Source of the DNA: an uncultured Planctomycetales bacterium
GTDB lineage: Bacteria; Omnitrophota; Gorgyraeia; Gygaellales; Profunditerraquicolaceae
Length of the DNA: 59,229 bases
Reading direction: 5' to 3'
Assembly: GCA_964488935.1 (NCBI GenBank)
Contig: CAZAVF010000002.1
Span: 1-59,229, forward strand
The translations under genes and the position numbers were made by a program. Shown here one piece after another: positions 27,877-35,766 of this stretch (within the stretch, counting starts at the first letter, position 1; every line of letters starts with the position of its first letter). The notes beneath the pieces were generated by a model. The model saw nothing but the letters and a program-made list of their open reading frames with translations, searched no databases and had not been told where the DNA came from.

Positions 27877-29048
27877 AAGAGATTATATTTTCTGTGACCG
27901 CCAGATGCAATTTGAAGTGCATAATGTGCGACATCCCTGCTTCCCGCGGCGTGGAATTGCCCACGGGCGTCCTTTTCTCGGCCCTGGAAGATGCCGCGGC
28001 ATTGGGCGCTTCTACCGCGGTATTCAGCGGGGGGGAACCGCTTTTGCGCCGGGATATTTTCGAACTGGCGGAGTTCTCCAGGAAGCTGGGACTGAACGCC
28101 TGCCTTACCTCTAACGGCTGCCTTATCGATGAAGAGGCCGCCGGAAGGATCGCGGACAGCGGTGTTAACGTGGTGAACGTTTCACTGGAAGGCGACAGAC
28201 AGGTGCACGAGAGATTGCGCGGCGCCGGGACTTATGACAAGGCATTGCTGGCGCTGCGGCTGCTGCGGGCCAGGGGCGTGGAAACCACCATCGCCTCCAC
28301 GGTCTCAAGATATAATTATTCCTCCCTGGAGCATATAGTGGAGCTGGCCGGGGAAACAGGGGCCACCACGCTCAAGTTCCAGCCCTTCAGCCGCATATTC
28401 GTCTCCCCGGGCAGGAACTGCAGCGAGTTCCTTCTCGGGGAGGTTGAAGCCGGTATCGCTATGGACATCCTGCGTAACATACATAAGCTTTGCGGACAGC
28501 GCGGGATATCGGTCAATCCTTTACCGTATCTGGAACGTATCCCCGCCTATCTGTCCAGGGGGATCGGCGGCAGCGCGGCCAGCTGCAGGGCGCTTTTTTC
28601 TTCCTGCCCGGTGGACTCCTCCGGAAAGGTCTTTCCCTGCTGGGTGTTGTCCGGCAAGGACATGCTGATAGGCGATATCTCGCGCACCCCTTTAAGGGAA
28701 ATATGGGGTAATCCCAGGCACCGCGATATCATAGGTCATATCAGCAGCCGTAACTGCGGTGGATGCCTGATGAGTTGTTACGACGCAAACTTCGGCCGTA
28801 CCGTTTTCAGCCCGGCAGCCGGATTATCAGGCAGTGCGGCGTCTTCGGGGCGGGGATCGGCGCTGCGTAAACTGAAGAGGAAGATAATGTTCTACTCCGC
28901 TTATCGGGGATCTCTTCCGCGTTTGCTGCGGCGTCTCTTGCCGGCTGCGCGGCGCCGCGGCGCCGCGGCGCGGACAATCCCGGGAATAAAGACCTCCGAG
29001 ATAGAAAAAGCGGAGGAGATGATCCGCAAGGAATTGAGACGTTCTTAA
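27864..29048 (+). CDS. Radical SAM protein with SPASM/twitch-like C-terminal Cys motif (paralog 4)
   Basis: VTARCNLKCIMCD, FSGGEPLLRRDI, C-terminal CRALFSSCPVDSSGKVFPCW...CGGCLMSC. The start was moved to the ATG at 27864. Confidence 0.85.
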   Translation: MFKLKEIIFSVTARCNLKCIMCDIPASRGVELPTGVLFSALEDAAALGASTAVFSGGEPLLRRDIFELAEFSRKLGLNACLTSNGCLIDEEAAGRIADSGVNVVNVSLEGDRQVHERLRGAGTYDKALLALRLLRARGVETTIASTVSRYNYSSLEHIVELAGETGATTLKFQPFSRIFVSPGRNCSEFLLGEVEAGIAMDILRNIHKLCGQRGISVNPLPYLERIPAYLSRGIGGSAASCRALFSSCPVDSSGKVFPCWVLSGKDMLIGDISRTPLREIWGNPRHRDIIGHISSRNCGGCLMSCYDANFGRTVFSPAAGLSGSAASSGRGSALRKLKRKIMFYSAYRGSLPRLLRRLLPAARRRGAAARTIPGIKTSEIEKAEEMIRKELRRS

Positions 29049-30319
29049 TGAAGATATCCTGTTACGTCCCGCTGTATAATAACGCGGACACGATAGCTTA
29101 TTGTCTGGATTCTCTGCTGCGGCAGTCTTTGGCGCCGGAAGAGATACTGGTCGTGGACGACGCTTCTTCCGACCGAAGTCCGCAGATCGCGGCGCGGTAC
29201 CCGGTGAAATTGATCAGGCATCCCAGGAATCTGGGGCTGGCCGCGGCCAGGAACACCGCTCTTAATAACGCCGGCGGGGAATTCATCGCTTCCATAGACG
29301 CCGACTGCACGGCAGATCCCGGATGGCTTCATATCCTCTCCGGAGCCCTGGCATCTTCGCCGCGCGCGGCCGGGGCCGGCGGCAGGGTCATGGAGACGCA
29401 GGCTTCTTCGGTCTTCGATATGTGGAGGGCGGCGCATATGCGCCAGCTCTGGCAGGAAAGCGAGACCAACCCGCCGTTCCTTTTCGGGGCCAACACTATT
29501 TTCCGCTCCGGCAGCCTGCGGATGGTCGGCATGTACGACGAGGCCCTCGGGAACAACGCCGAGGATGTTGATATCTGCGGCAGGCTGAAATCCGCCGGTA
29601 ACGACCTGATATATTGTCATAACGCCGTCGTGTATCATCAAAAGAAAGACAGCCTGAAGTCGCTGTTTAACAGCCACTGGAACTGGCACAGGTTGTATTA
29701 TGAGAAAACAGGGTGGTTCCGCGGCGATCTCGGCGCCAAGATCAGGGAGAATATCGGGGCCGCCAACCATTATCTTGAGGAGGATCTGTCCGCCGGCCGG
29801 CATCAGTTGTTGTACCTGGATTTCCTGCTCGGGCTGTTTTATTCTTTTAAGGACCTCCTTTATATAAAGGGCAGCTATGTTATCCCTTCCCCCGCGGTCT
29901 TATGGGCTGCGTTGACCGACCTGAGATTGAGCGAAGCGTTTTCCCGGGGAAACAACCGGGTGTTCCGTTTCGACAGAGGGGAGACCGGCTACGCCGCCGA
30001 CTTCCTGTCCGCGGCCCTGTCCATCGGAGGAACGATCAAGCGAAAGTTCCCGAACGACGATTTCCTGACGCGCATATACGCCGACCTGCAGGAAGCCGTC
30101 TATGGTATAGAGGACAGGCAGTTGGCGAGAGCGATAGAGGCGTGCTCATGCGTTGACTGGGACTGGTTGCCCGACGGTAATTACCCCCTCTCGGGGGAGC
30201 AGCTGCTCCCTGTCTTAAAGGAGGAGTTATCTTCCTGGCTGGACATGGTCGTCACCAAGTCCGGGGAGACCCCGACTTTGATAGAACTGGCTTCAAGAGA
30301 ACAGGCGTCCAGACATTGA
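29048..30319 (+). CDS. GT2 glycosyltransferase with about 170-aa C-terminal extension
   Basis: ISCYVPLYNNADTIAYCLDSLLRQSLAPEEILVVDDASSDRS plus a DxD-like IDAD. TAATG stop/start overlap with the upstream gene. Confidence 0.85.
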   Translation: MKISCYVPLYNNADTIAYCLDSLLRQSLAPEEILVVDDASSDRSPQIAARYPVKLIRHPRNLGLAAARNTALNNAGGEFIASIDADCTADPGWLHILSGALASSPRAAGAGGRVMETQASSVFDMWRAAHMRQLWQESETNPPFLFGANTIFRSGSLRMVGMYDEALGNNAEDVDICGRLKSAGNDLIYCHNAVVYHQKKDSLKSLFNSHWNWHRLYYEKTGWFRGDLGAKIRENIGAANHYLEEDLSAGRHQLLYLDFLLGLFYSFKDLLYIKGSYVIPSPAVLWAALTDLRLSEAFSRGNNRVFRFDRGETGYAADFLSAALSIGGTIKRKFPNDDFLTRIYADLQEAVYGIEDRQLARAIEACSCVDWDWLPDGNYPLSGEQLLPVLKEELSSWLDMVVTKSGETPTLIELASREQASRH

Positions 30320-30459
30320 ATCAATCTCCTCGCCTATATATCGTATTCAGGCGGGAGGGATTGTCCGCGTCCTTAAGGGCGCTGTTTTAGCGCCGCCCGA
30401 GTATAAATACCGCCGCCCGCAGCGCGGCCTTAGATCTTACCGCATGGAAAGGAGACAAT

Positions 30460-31212
30460 ATGTCGCGTAAAAAAACACCGGTCGCAAGGGTTTTGATGTT
30501 CTTTTCCTGGTCCGTCCCGTTGATCACGGCCGCCGCCGCCGCATCGGGAGTATTCCTGCAGGGCGGCCCGTTGTTCGTATCGGGAATATTCTTGCTGGTG
30601 ACGGCAAGCTTGATCCTTTCTGCCCTTCTGCGCATGTGCGCGAATCTTACGCAGATGATCTTCGAGATACAGAATACCATGCAGTATGCTTATAAGGAGC
30701 ATTCGGAGATGTTCTCTTCGCTCGCGGCGAACGTGCAGAGTATGCGCAGGGAGGACATCCCGGCCATAATAAGGGAGATGAACGCGCGGCTGCTTGCCGG
30801 GAATTCCGAGGCGGCTGAGGGGGTCTCGGACATGACCAGACTTCTTTCCCGGATAGCGGAAGGGCTCGACGCCCTGCCCGGCAAGGTGGGGCCGCTCCAC
30901 GAAGAAGATATGCTTATGATCATGAGAGAGCTGAACGCAAGGATGCTCTCCGGCAATGTGGAAGTTGTAGAGGGGATTAACGCTCTGTCCGCGCAGAATG
31001 AGAAAGTGCTGAATGAGTCTGCCGCGCGCCTGGAAGCCCTGCATGCCGAGCTGCAGAGGATCGGTAAGGATGAACATAAGGAGGAACTGCGTTCCTGCCT
31101 GGAAGACCTGCGGGAGATCAAAAGCAACTGCGCGCAGGTGTCCTGCGATACCAGGGACATCTCCTCTTTCTTCAGCCTGATGGAAAAACACCTGAACATT
31201 AAAAAGACATGA
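30460..31212 (+). CDS. Hypothetical membrane protein (2 TM) with coiled-coil cytoplasmic region containing an internal duplication
   Basis: GGAAAGGAGA RBS upstream. Two hydrophobic helices at aa 11-60. The repeat REDIPAIIREMNARLLAGNSEAAEGV pairs with EEDMLMIMRELNARMLSGNVEVVEGI. No family recognised. Confidence 0.6.
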   Translation: MSRKKTPVARVLMFFSWSVPLITAAAAASGVFLQGGPLFVSGIFLLVTASLILSALLRMCANLTQMIFEIQNTMQYAYKEHSEMFSSLAANVQSMRREDIPAIIREMNARLLAGNSEAAEGVSDMTRLLSRIAEGLDALPGKVGPLHEEDMLMIMRELNARMLSGNVEVVEGINALSAQNEKVLNESAARLEALHAELQRIGKDEHKEELRSCLEDLREIKSNCAQVSCDTRDISSFFSLMEKHLNIKKT

Positions 31213-32567
31213 TGCGGGTGGCTTTGGTCAATCTTCCCTGGAGCAGCGAAGGAAGGCTGGGCGTAAGGGCCGGATCCCGCTGGCCTTTTACCAGCGAACC
31301 CGTTCCCGGCGGCCGGCTGCTTTATCTGCCGTTCCCTTTTTTCCTGGCTTACGCGGCGGCGCTGTTGAAAAAGAACGGTTTCCCGGTGACGCTTGCGGAT
31401 TGTATCGCTTCCGGGGAGGGATACGCCGAGTTGTGCGGCAGGCTGTCCGCCGCACAGCCGCAGCTGCTGGCCGCGGAGATATCCGCCCCATCCCTTTCCT
31501 GCGATCTGAAGATGCTGAAAGATCTGCGGGAGGCTTTCCCCGCGATGAAGATCGCCGTTTGCGGGGCCCACGCCACGGCGAGATACGCGGAACTGCTCGA
31601 GAACGGCCCGTTCATAGATTTTGTCCTGCGCGGGGAATACGAACCTGTCCTGCTCGATCTTTCCAGGGCGCTGGATTCCGGCCGCGGGCCGGACGGTATA
31701 CTGGGACTCGTCTGCCGCGGTCCCGGGGGGGAGATCAGGGCGAACGGTGCCCGCCGCATTCAGGATCTCGACAACCTGCCCTGGCCGGAACGCGGTGACC
31801 TGCCGCTGTTGAATTACAACGACGGGTTCTGCGGGCTGCCTTCCCCCAACGTCCAGATGCTTTCCAGCCGCGGTTGTCCGCTGGGATGCTCGTTCTGCCT
31901 CTGGCCGCAGACCGTATATTCCGGGGGGGAATACCGCTGCAGGTCGGTTGTCGATGTAGCCGATGAGTTTGAATCCCTCGCCGCAAAAAAGGTGTTCAGA
32001 GCCGTTTATTTCGACGACGATACATTCAACCTGCGCAGGGAGCGCGTTTTGTCCCTCTGCGCCGAAATAAAGAGAAGAAAATTGAACGTGCCGTGGGCGG
32101 CCATGGCGCGGGCGGACCTGATGGACGAAGAATTGCTCTCCGTCATGGCGGATGCCGGGGCGTACGCGGTGAAATACGGTATAGAATCGGCAGATCCCCG
32201 CGTGAACGAGCTGTGCGGCAAACGCGCGGACCTCCGGCGTTCCCTGGAGATGATACGTTCCACCCGCAGGCACGGGATAAAAGTCCATCTCGCTTTTTGC
32301 GTCGGCCTGCCAGGGGAAGATAAGGGCACCCTGGCCAAGAACACGGAGTTTGTCGGCATGGCCTCCCCCGATTCCCTGCAGGTCTCTTTCGCCGTACCTT
32401 TCCCGGGCACGGCGTATTACGACCTCGTTTTAAAAGAGGGGCTGCTTGCGTCCGGCAACCTGGATGATTATGACGGCAGCCGCATGTGCGTGGTGAAGAA
32501 CCCGGGGCTTTCCCCGTCGGATATGGAAAAGGCGAGAGATGCTCTCTATAGTTGTTGCCGTTTATAA
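31209..32567 (+). CDS. B12-binding-domain radical SAM protein (class B rSAM), second copy
   Basis: N-terminus MRVALVNLPW...; rSAM motif SSRGCPLGCSFCLWP. ATGA overlap with the upstream gene. Confidence 0.85.
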   Translation: MMRVALVNLPWSSEGRLGVRAGSRWPFTSEPVPGGRLLYLPFPFFLAYAAALLKKNGFPVTLADCIASGEGYAELCGRLSAAQPQLLAAEISAPSLSCDLKMLKDLREAFPAMKIAVCGAHATARYAELLENGPFIDFVLRGEYEPVLLDLSRALDSGRGPDGILGLVCRGPGGEIRANGARRIQDLDNLPWPERGDLPLLNYNDGFCGLPSPNVQMLSSRGCPLGCSFCLWPQTVYSGGEYRCRSVVDVADEFESLAAKKVFRAVYFDDDTFNLRRERVLSLCAEIKRRKLNVPWAAMARADLMDEELLSVMADAGAYAVKYGIESADPRVNELCGKRADLRRSLEMIRSTRRHGIKVHLAFCVGLPGEDKGTLAKNTEFVGMASPDSLQVSFAVPFPGTAYYDLVLKEGLLASGNLDDYDGSRMCVVKNPGLSPSDMEKARDALYSCCRL

Positions 32568-33411
32568 CGGTTCTTCCGTGATCGAAAGATGTCTGGAGTC
32601 CCTGCTTTCCCAGGAGTGCCTGGAGGCCCCGGAGATCATAGTGGTGGACAATGGCTCTTCCGACGGCACCGCCGGCATCGTCCGGGAACGGTTCCCCTCG
32701 GTGACCCTGCTGGAGAACGGGAAAAATCTCGGCGCGGCGGCGGCGAGGAACCTCGGCATATCGGCGTCCCGGGGGGAGTGGGTCTTTACTTTCGACTGCG
32801 ATACGGTGGCCGGCAAAGGTTTCCTCTCGGCGGTCGAGTTCCTGACCGGAGCGGAAGAGGGGTCTATGGTAGGGATAATCCAGCCTCTGATATTAGGCTC
32901 CGGGGGCGGAAAGGTATTCTCCCGCGGGATAAGTCTGGATTTCTTCTGGCGTTTCAGCGATATAGACAGGGACGAATCCTGCCGGAAGAGCGAGCGCAAC
33001 CCGGAACGCATAGACGCCGCCTGTTCGGCGTGCGCCGGTTACCGCAGGCGCATGCTGGAAGAGATAAAAGACGGCCACGGGTATTTCGACGAAAGATTCT
33101 TTTTCATGGTGGAGGACGTCGACCTCGGGATGAGGGCCGGTATGGCCGGATGGAAGACCGCGTTCTGCCCGGGCGCGACGGCTTATCATTACGGCAACTC
33201 TTCCGGATTTTCCCGCAGGGAAAGACAGTATCTTTGCTGGAGGAACAGGAAGTTTATGCTGAAGAAGATGAAAAAAACGCCGCTGCGCGCCTGCGCCGCC
33301 CGCTTGTGCTACGATCTGCCGAAAGACACCGTTCTGTTCTTTCGCAACTTTCATGTGAGACGCGCCGTGCTCCGCGGCAGATATGACAATCCCCGGACGT
33401 CTGCCGTTTGA
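32539..33411 (+). CDS. GT2 glycosyltransferase
   Basis: LSIVVAVYNGSSVIERCLESLLSQ....IIVVDNGSSDGT, and a DxD-like FDCD. Confidence 0.85.
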   Translation: MLSIVVAVYNGSSVIERCLESLLSQECLEAPEIIVVDNGSSDGTAGIVRERFPSVTLLENGKNLGAAAARNLGISASRGEWVFTFDCDTVAGKGFLSAVEFLTGAEEGSMVGIIQPLILGSGGGKVFSRGISLDFFWRFSDIDRDESCRKSERNPERIDAACSACAGYRRRMLEEIKDGHGYFDERFFFMVEDVDLGMRAGMAGWKTAFCPGATAYHYGNSSGFSRRERQYLCWRNRKFMLKKMKKTPLRACAARLCYDLPKDTVLFFRNFHVRRAVLRGRYDNPRTSAV

Positions 33412-33500
33412 GGATTCCCTTGTTCCCTCCGGAGGGGTAAGCGGTCTTGGCGCGGGGATGCGCCGGGTTTTTCCCGGCCGCGGCCGGACTATGTCACTTA

Positions 33501-33509
33501 TGGTATAAT
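33501..33509 (+). promoter_or_regulatory. Extended -10 promoter element (TGGTATAAT) in the 377-bp gap upstream of the GT2/RiPP-like cassette
   Basis: TGgTATAAT at 33501-33509. The same extended -10 wording recurs upstream of other operon starts in this window (45216, 58615, 1828). Confidence 0.45.
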
Positions 33510-33788
33510 TGTGTTATACTGAAAACCGGGGCATCCCGGGGGCTGCCAGGGGGGCCGGGTTCTATACCTGCGCGGCCGGGAGACCGCGTCATCTCCGGCC
33601 CTTATGGGATCCGGCCGTTTCTTCGGGGATTACGAAGGACGGCGCATTGTTCCTTTCCGGAATAACCGCGGGCGCCTGTGCCGGACAGCTTGAGAGGCCC
33701 GCTGCTGAAGTCCGTCCAAGGATCAGTCAGCGGCGCGCCGAATTGATCGCGCGAAAGATCCCTTTCACGCGCCGCAGAAAGGTTTTTT

Positions 33789-34502
33789 ATGCCGGGGCTG
33801 GAGATCATAGTTCCCGTACATAACGAAGAAGAGACGATCGCGGAAACCCTGTCGAGATTAAGAAAAGAGGTCAGGTACAGTAACCGCGTGACCATAGTGG
33901 ATGATCATTGCGACGACGGCTCCCTGGAGCGGCTGAAGGGGCCGGATGCGGCAGGCGATAATACAGAACTGGTCAGCAATGAGAACCGCAGGGGATTCGC
34001 GAATGCCCTGAGAAGGGGTATAAAGAATGTCCGCGGATCGGAGGACGCGGTGGTCTTCGTGATGGCGGACGGGTGCGATGATCCGGCCGACATAAACAGG
34101 ATGTTCGAATTAGTGAAGAACGGTTACGACGTCGTTTGCGCCTCGCGTTTCCTGCCCGGCGGTAAAAGAGAGGGCGGCGACCCGGTGAAAAGCCTGTTCT
34201 CTTACTTCGGGAACAGGATATTGACCGTCTTGTTGCCGGGCAGGTTCACCGACTGGACGAATTCTTTCAAGATATACAGAAAAAGGGTCATTGACGAAAT
34301 AAGCCCGTTGAGCAGCGGTTTTGAGATTTCCCTGGAACTGGCGGTGAAGGCATCGGAAGGCGCTTATTCGATCAAGGAAGTTCCCACGGTATGGAGGGAG
34401 CGGGACAAGGGCGTCTCCAAATTCGGCTTTAAGGACGTCCGCGGATATTTAAGGTGGGTCATGTTTGCGCTGGCCTTTAGAATCGGGTTGAGAAAAACGT
34501 GA
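33789..34502 (+). CDS. GT2 glycosyltransferase, polyprenol-phosphate sugar synthase (DPM1/ArnC)-like
   Basis: LEIIVPVHNEEETIAETL.....VTIVDDHCDDGS, ...VFVMADGCDDP, CASRF. Size 237 aa. Confidence 0.8.
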   Translation: MPGLEIIVPVHNEEETIAETLSRLRKEVRYSNRVTIVDDHCDDGSLERLKGPDAAGDNTELVSNENRRGFANALRRGIKNVRGSEDAVVFVMADGCDDPADINRMFELVKNGYDVVCASRFLPGGKREGGDPVKSLFSYFGNRILTVLLPGRFTDWTNSFKIYRKRVIDEISPLSSGFEISLELAVKASEGAYSIKEVPTVWRERDKGVSKFGFKDVRGYLRWVMFALAFRIGLRKT

Positions 34503-34515
34503 GGTTCACGCCGTT

Positions 34516-35562
34516 ATGGAAGAGATGAAACTGGTAAGTTTTTACGTGACCCAGAAATGCGGCCTGTCGTGCTCGCATTGTTTCGGTCTGGGCCGTGACC
34601 TTTTCCCGGATGAAGAGCTTTCCGGGGAGGATTTCTGCCGCGTGCTGGACGAATTATCCGATATAGACGTGATAAGGCTGCTGGGAGGAGAATGTCTGTG
34701 CGAGTGGGACAAGGTGCTTGAGATCACCCGGCACGCTTCGCGTCTGGGGAAGAGAACGGTGATCCTGACCAATACAGAGCTGCTGAACGGGGAACGGGTG
34801 CGGCTGCTTAAAGAGGCCGGCAATTGCATCATACAGGTCTCCTGCGAAGGCATGGGCGCGGTACAGGATTGCGTCAGGGGCGACGGGTATTTCGAGAGAG
34901 TGCTGTGGAAGATCAAGCTGATCAGAGAGCACTCCATCCGCTGCAATATGGTGGTAACTTTGACGCCTCATAACATCGGGCAGATCGCGGATATCTATGC
35001 CATGGCCGCCAATCTCGGCATAATGAAGGTCGTATTCTCGATGGTGCTTGAGGTGAACGGACGGGACGGACTGCGCCTGCCGTTCGGGCAGTTTGAGAAG
35101 GGGATGGATGATCTCGCCGGGGTCTTTAAGGATCACGGCGGCAGAAAACCGGTGCAGATAGGTTTTTCCCCCCTTCTGGTGAATTATCTTTACGCCTGCG
35201 ATAATCCCTGGCTGCGGGACAATTGCGGCAGCGAGATCCGGGAGGCGGCCCATAGGCTGAGAAAATGCGTCCATCAGGGGAAGTTCTGTTTGTTCCCCAA
35301 CGGGGACGTTTATCCCTGCCCGTTCCTCCCTTATCTGAAAAACCCGCCGCCTCCGGCCGGTAATATTAAGAAGCAGCCGGTAACGTTGATCCGCCGGAGC
35401 ATAAAAGAGATGTTCGGCAGGATCAATGTGAAGGATCAGGAGTGCAACAATTGTAATTTATTCATGGACTGCGGCGGGGGGTGCCGCGCCAGGGCTTACA
35501 GGGATACCGGCAGCCTGGATGGGGTAGACGGGGGATGTCCGGTAAGGTCAGCAGGGGTGTAA
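34516..35562 (+). CDS. Radical SAM/SPASM-domain peptide-maturase-like protein
   Basis: FYVTQKCGLSCSHCFG (CxxxCxxC). C-terminal SPASM-type cluster CVHQGKFCLFPNGDVYPCPF...CNNCNLFMDCGGGCRARAY. Confidence 0.85.
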   Translation: MEEMKLVSFYVTQKCGLSCSHCFGLGRDLFPDEELSGEDFCRVLDELSDIDVIRLLGGECLCEWDKVLEITRHASRLGKRTVILTNTELLNGERVRLLKEAGNCIIQVSCEGMGAVQDCVRGDGYFERVLWKIKLIREHSIRCNMVVTLTPHNIGQIADIYAMAANLGIMKVVFSMVLEVNGRDGLRLPFGQFEKGMDDLAGVFKDHGGRKPVQIGFSPLLVNYLYACDNPWLRDNCGSEIREAAHRLRKCVHQGKFCLFPNGDVYPCPFLPYLKNPPPPAGNIKKQPVTLIRRSIKEMFGRINVKDQECNNCNLFMDCGGGCRARAYRDTGSLDGVDGGCPVRSAGV

Positions 35563-35589
35563 TAATTAGAGAAGAGAAAGGGGTATTCC

Positions 35590-35751
35590 ATGCATATGCA
35601 GCGTAAATGGCGGGATAAAGAGGCGGGAGGGGAACCCGCCGCCGGGAAAATGAAATACGTCAAGCCGGCGATGGAAAAGGTGGTCATCCCCAGACCGGAA
35701 GAAAAAGATTTCCATGCCGGGTGCACATGCTGCACCTGCGGCTGCAGTTGA
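35590..35751 (+). CDS. Unannotated small ORF: candidate RiPP precursor peptide with Cys/Thr-rich C-terminus (53 aa; possible alternative 33-aa form from the ATG at 35650)
   Basis: Hand translation: MHMQRKWRDKEAGGEPAAGKMKYVKPAMEKVVIPRPEEKDFHAGCTCCTCGCS*. AAAGGGG RBS about 7 nt upstream of 35590. It fills a 204-bp gap in an otherwise tightly packed cassette. It is below the 60-aa cutoff of the ORF track. Confidence 0.6.
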   Translation: MHMQRKWRDKEAGGEPAAGKMKYVKPAMEKVVIPRPEEKDFHAGCTCCTCGCS

Positions 35752-35766
35752 GCATTCAGCGGTAAG

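Noticed and set aside
28948-28972. A GC-only tandem 8-mer run (GCGGCGCC x3), which is palindromic.
   Set aside because: It lies inside the C-terminal tail of the 27864 rSAM gene and encodes AARRRGAAA. It is best explained as low-complexity coding sequence, not a regulatory repeat or CRISPR-like element.
30690-32288. Very long antisense ORFs. Examples are 30690-32288 (532 aa), 4266-5675, 16344-17726, 55668-56909, 9118-10176, 5978-7111, 25373-26428 and 14035-15069, all on the minus strand.
   Set aside because: They lie opposite + strand genes that carry unmistakable family motifs. Their translations are Arg/Pro/Gly-rich and low in complexity, as expected for stop-codon-poor antisense frames in roughly 60% GC DNA. 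No RBS or family motifs were seen.
33412-33788. A possible cobalamin riboswitch ahead of the cassette, considered because B12-dependent rSAM genes are nearby. Also the small ORFs 33447-33665 and 33509-33823.
   Set aside because: I found no B12-box-like GCCACTG element or the surrounding conserved GGGAA/CCGGTG blocks. The listed ORFs lack an RBS and have antisense-like composition. The region is kept only as an unclassified structured leader.
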